Shown here: piece after piece, positions 23,425-24,421 of the stretch
Position numbering within the stretch: the first letter of the stretch is position 1
Layout: each line of letters begins with the position of its first letter
From: a virus
Taxonomy: Duplodnaviria > Caudoviricetes
Virus record (IMG/VR): IMGVR_UViG_3300037483_000526
Coordinates: 1-24,421 of that record
Reading direction: 5' to 3' (one strand)
DNA length: 24,421 bases
The notes under the pieces: generated by a model
Seen by the model: the letters and a program-made list of their open reading frames with translations, nothing else
What the model was told of the DNA's origin: nothing
The model's database searches: none
Translations under genes and position numbers: made by a program

Positions 23425-24417
23425 TTAATTAATACGGATGTTTTTAGATAATATTTGTAGTAAATCGTACTCATTCATGTTTTGAATGGCAATGGCAGCC
23501 TCAGATTGCCCTTCTGAGTGTGGTGGTAGACCAGGATACTTGTGGTTGTGATTAGCGACTGCCAATTTAACCAACTTTAAGAATTCAAGTAATTTATCAC
23601 CAAATACTAGTGGGTGTGCATCTTTAAGTATCTTTTGCATTTCTTCATCACTAATTAAATTATCTTGATTAGTTAAATTAAACCTAGGACTACCTTCTTT
23701 ATGCGTTAATAGGTTAATTTTATTTGATACAATATTTGTCACTGTCCCATATTCTGGAGACTCATCTTCATTTTCCGTAACGTTTATTTGTGCGTTATAT
23801 TTTATTTGAATATAACCTTGAGTTCTAGAATTGAATTTATACCCTAACTTTTCATCAAACTCATCATTACTACGACTATTATTTGCGACATCATCTTTGA
23901 ATACGAATTTACCAGCCCTGATTAGTACTTCATTATCTTTAAGAATTAAATCACTATTCTTTCTACCTTGAAATGCTATATCGCGTTTATCAGGATAACC
24001 ACCCTTTATTTTTCTTCTTTGTGTTGGTGCTGGTCCTAATTCTGTCATACCAAATGTGAAACCATTCCAAGCCTCAACATCATAATCAGCCCCATCAAGA
24101 AATTGTGGTTGGGGGATGATTGGACCTAAATACATGAAATCGGTGCTTCTATTATTAGTATCAAAACTAAATAGAAGGACTCCATCACCAACCTTTGGTA
24201 TAATATTAATATGTTTTGGTAACATTGGAAAGGCGATAATTGTCTTATCATTTTCAACTTCATTATCACTACCATTTATCTTAACATGTATCCTACCACT
24301 ATCAGACGAGTCATTAATGGATATAACCTTTCCACGTCTAATTAATTGAATATTTGAACTATTATCTTGGTAACCACTCTTACCGTCACGTGTATATTTA
24401 CCGTTATTAAAATACAT
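23425..24417 (-). CDS. Baseplate hub/central spike protein (gp5/gpV-like OB fold)
   Basis: N-terminal G.V.SI.D....GRI.V.I.G...AFP.LP.....IPKVGDGV; C-terminal FGDKL....L......NHNH.YPG.PP with the HxH metal-binding tip. The start is at the window edge and could extend upstream. Confidence 0.75.
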   Translation of the reverse strand: MYFNNGKYTRDGKSGYQDNSSNIQLIRRGKVISINDSSDSGRIHVKINGSDNEVENDKTIIAFPMLPKHINIIPKVGDGVLLFSFDTNNRSTDFMYLGPIIPQPQFLDGADYDVEAWNGFTFGMTELGPAPTQRRKIKGGYPDKRDIAFQGRKNSDLILKDNEVLIRAGKFVFKDDVANNSRSNDEFDEKLGYKFNSRTQGYIQIKYNAQINVTENEDESPEYGTVTNIVSNKINLLTHKEGSPRFNLTNQDNLISDEEMQKILKDAHPLVFGDKLLEFLKLVKLAVANHNHKYPGLPPHSEGQSEAAIAIQNMNEYDLLQILSKNIRIN

Positions 24418-24421
24418 TATA

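Noticed and set aside
1-24421. Stop-codon reassignment as seen in some large phages
   Set aside because: Terminase, portal, protease, capsid, ClpC and ThyA are all full length under the standard code.

Overview
AT-rich segment of a large T4-like (myovirus-type) phage genome covering the head-morphogenesis module: terminase large subunit, portal, gp21-type prohead protease, acidic scaffold and gp23-type major capsid protein. A run of acidic putative internal head proteins precedes it. The left flank holds clpC, a KTSC protein, thyA and two convergent GNAT-type genes; the right flank holds minus-strand genes (HTH protein, Zn-ribbon protein, virion protein, gp5-like baseplate spike). TTG-N20-TATATTTG promoters, A-rich leaders without Shine-Dalgarno sites and a Bacteroidota-like ClpC suggest a Bacteroidota host (inference). 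Most notable observations: (1) an A10 slippery run joining two head-protein ORFs via the -1 frame; (2) a strand-specific three-way-junction RNA in the leader of the Zn-ribbon gene; (3) a holin-like TM protein overlapping a stand-alone PAS gene inside the head cluster; (4) a sense-strand TATTTATA late-promoter motif, the reverse complement of the T4 late promoter; (5) modular cargo proteins apparently punctuated by prohead-protease sites and sharing motifs with the scaffold. All family calls come from motif recognition by eye, not from database searches.
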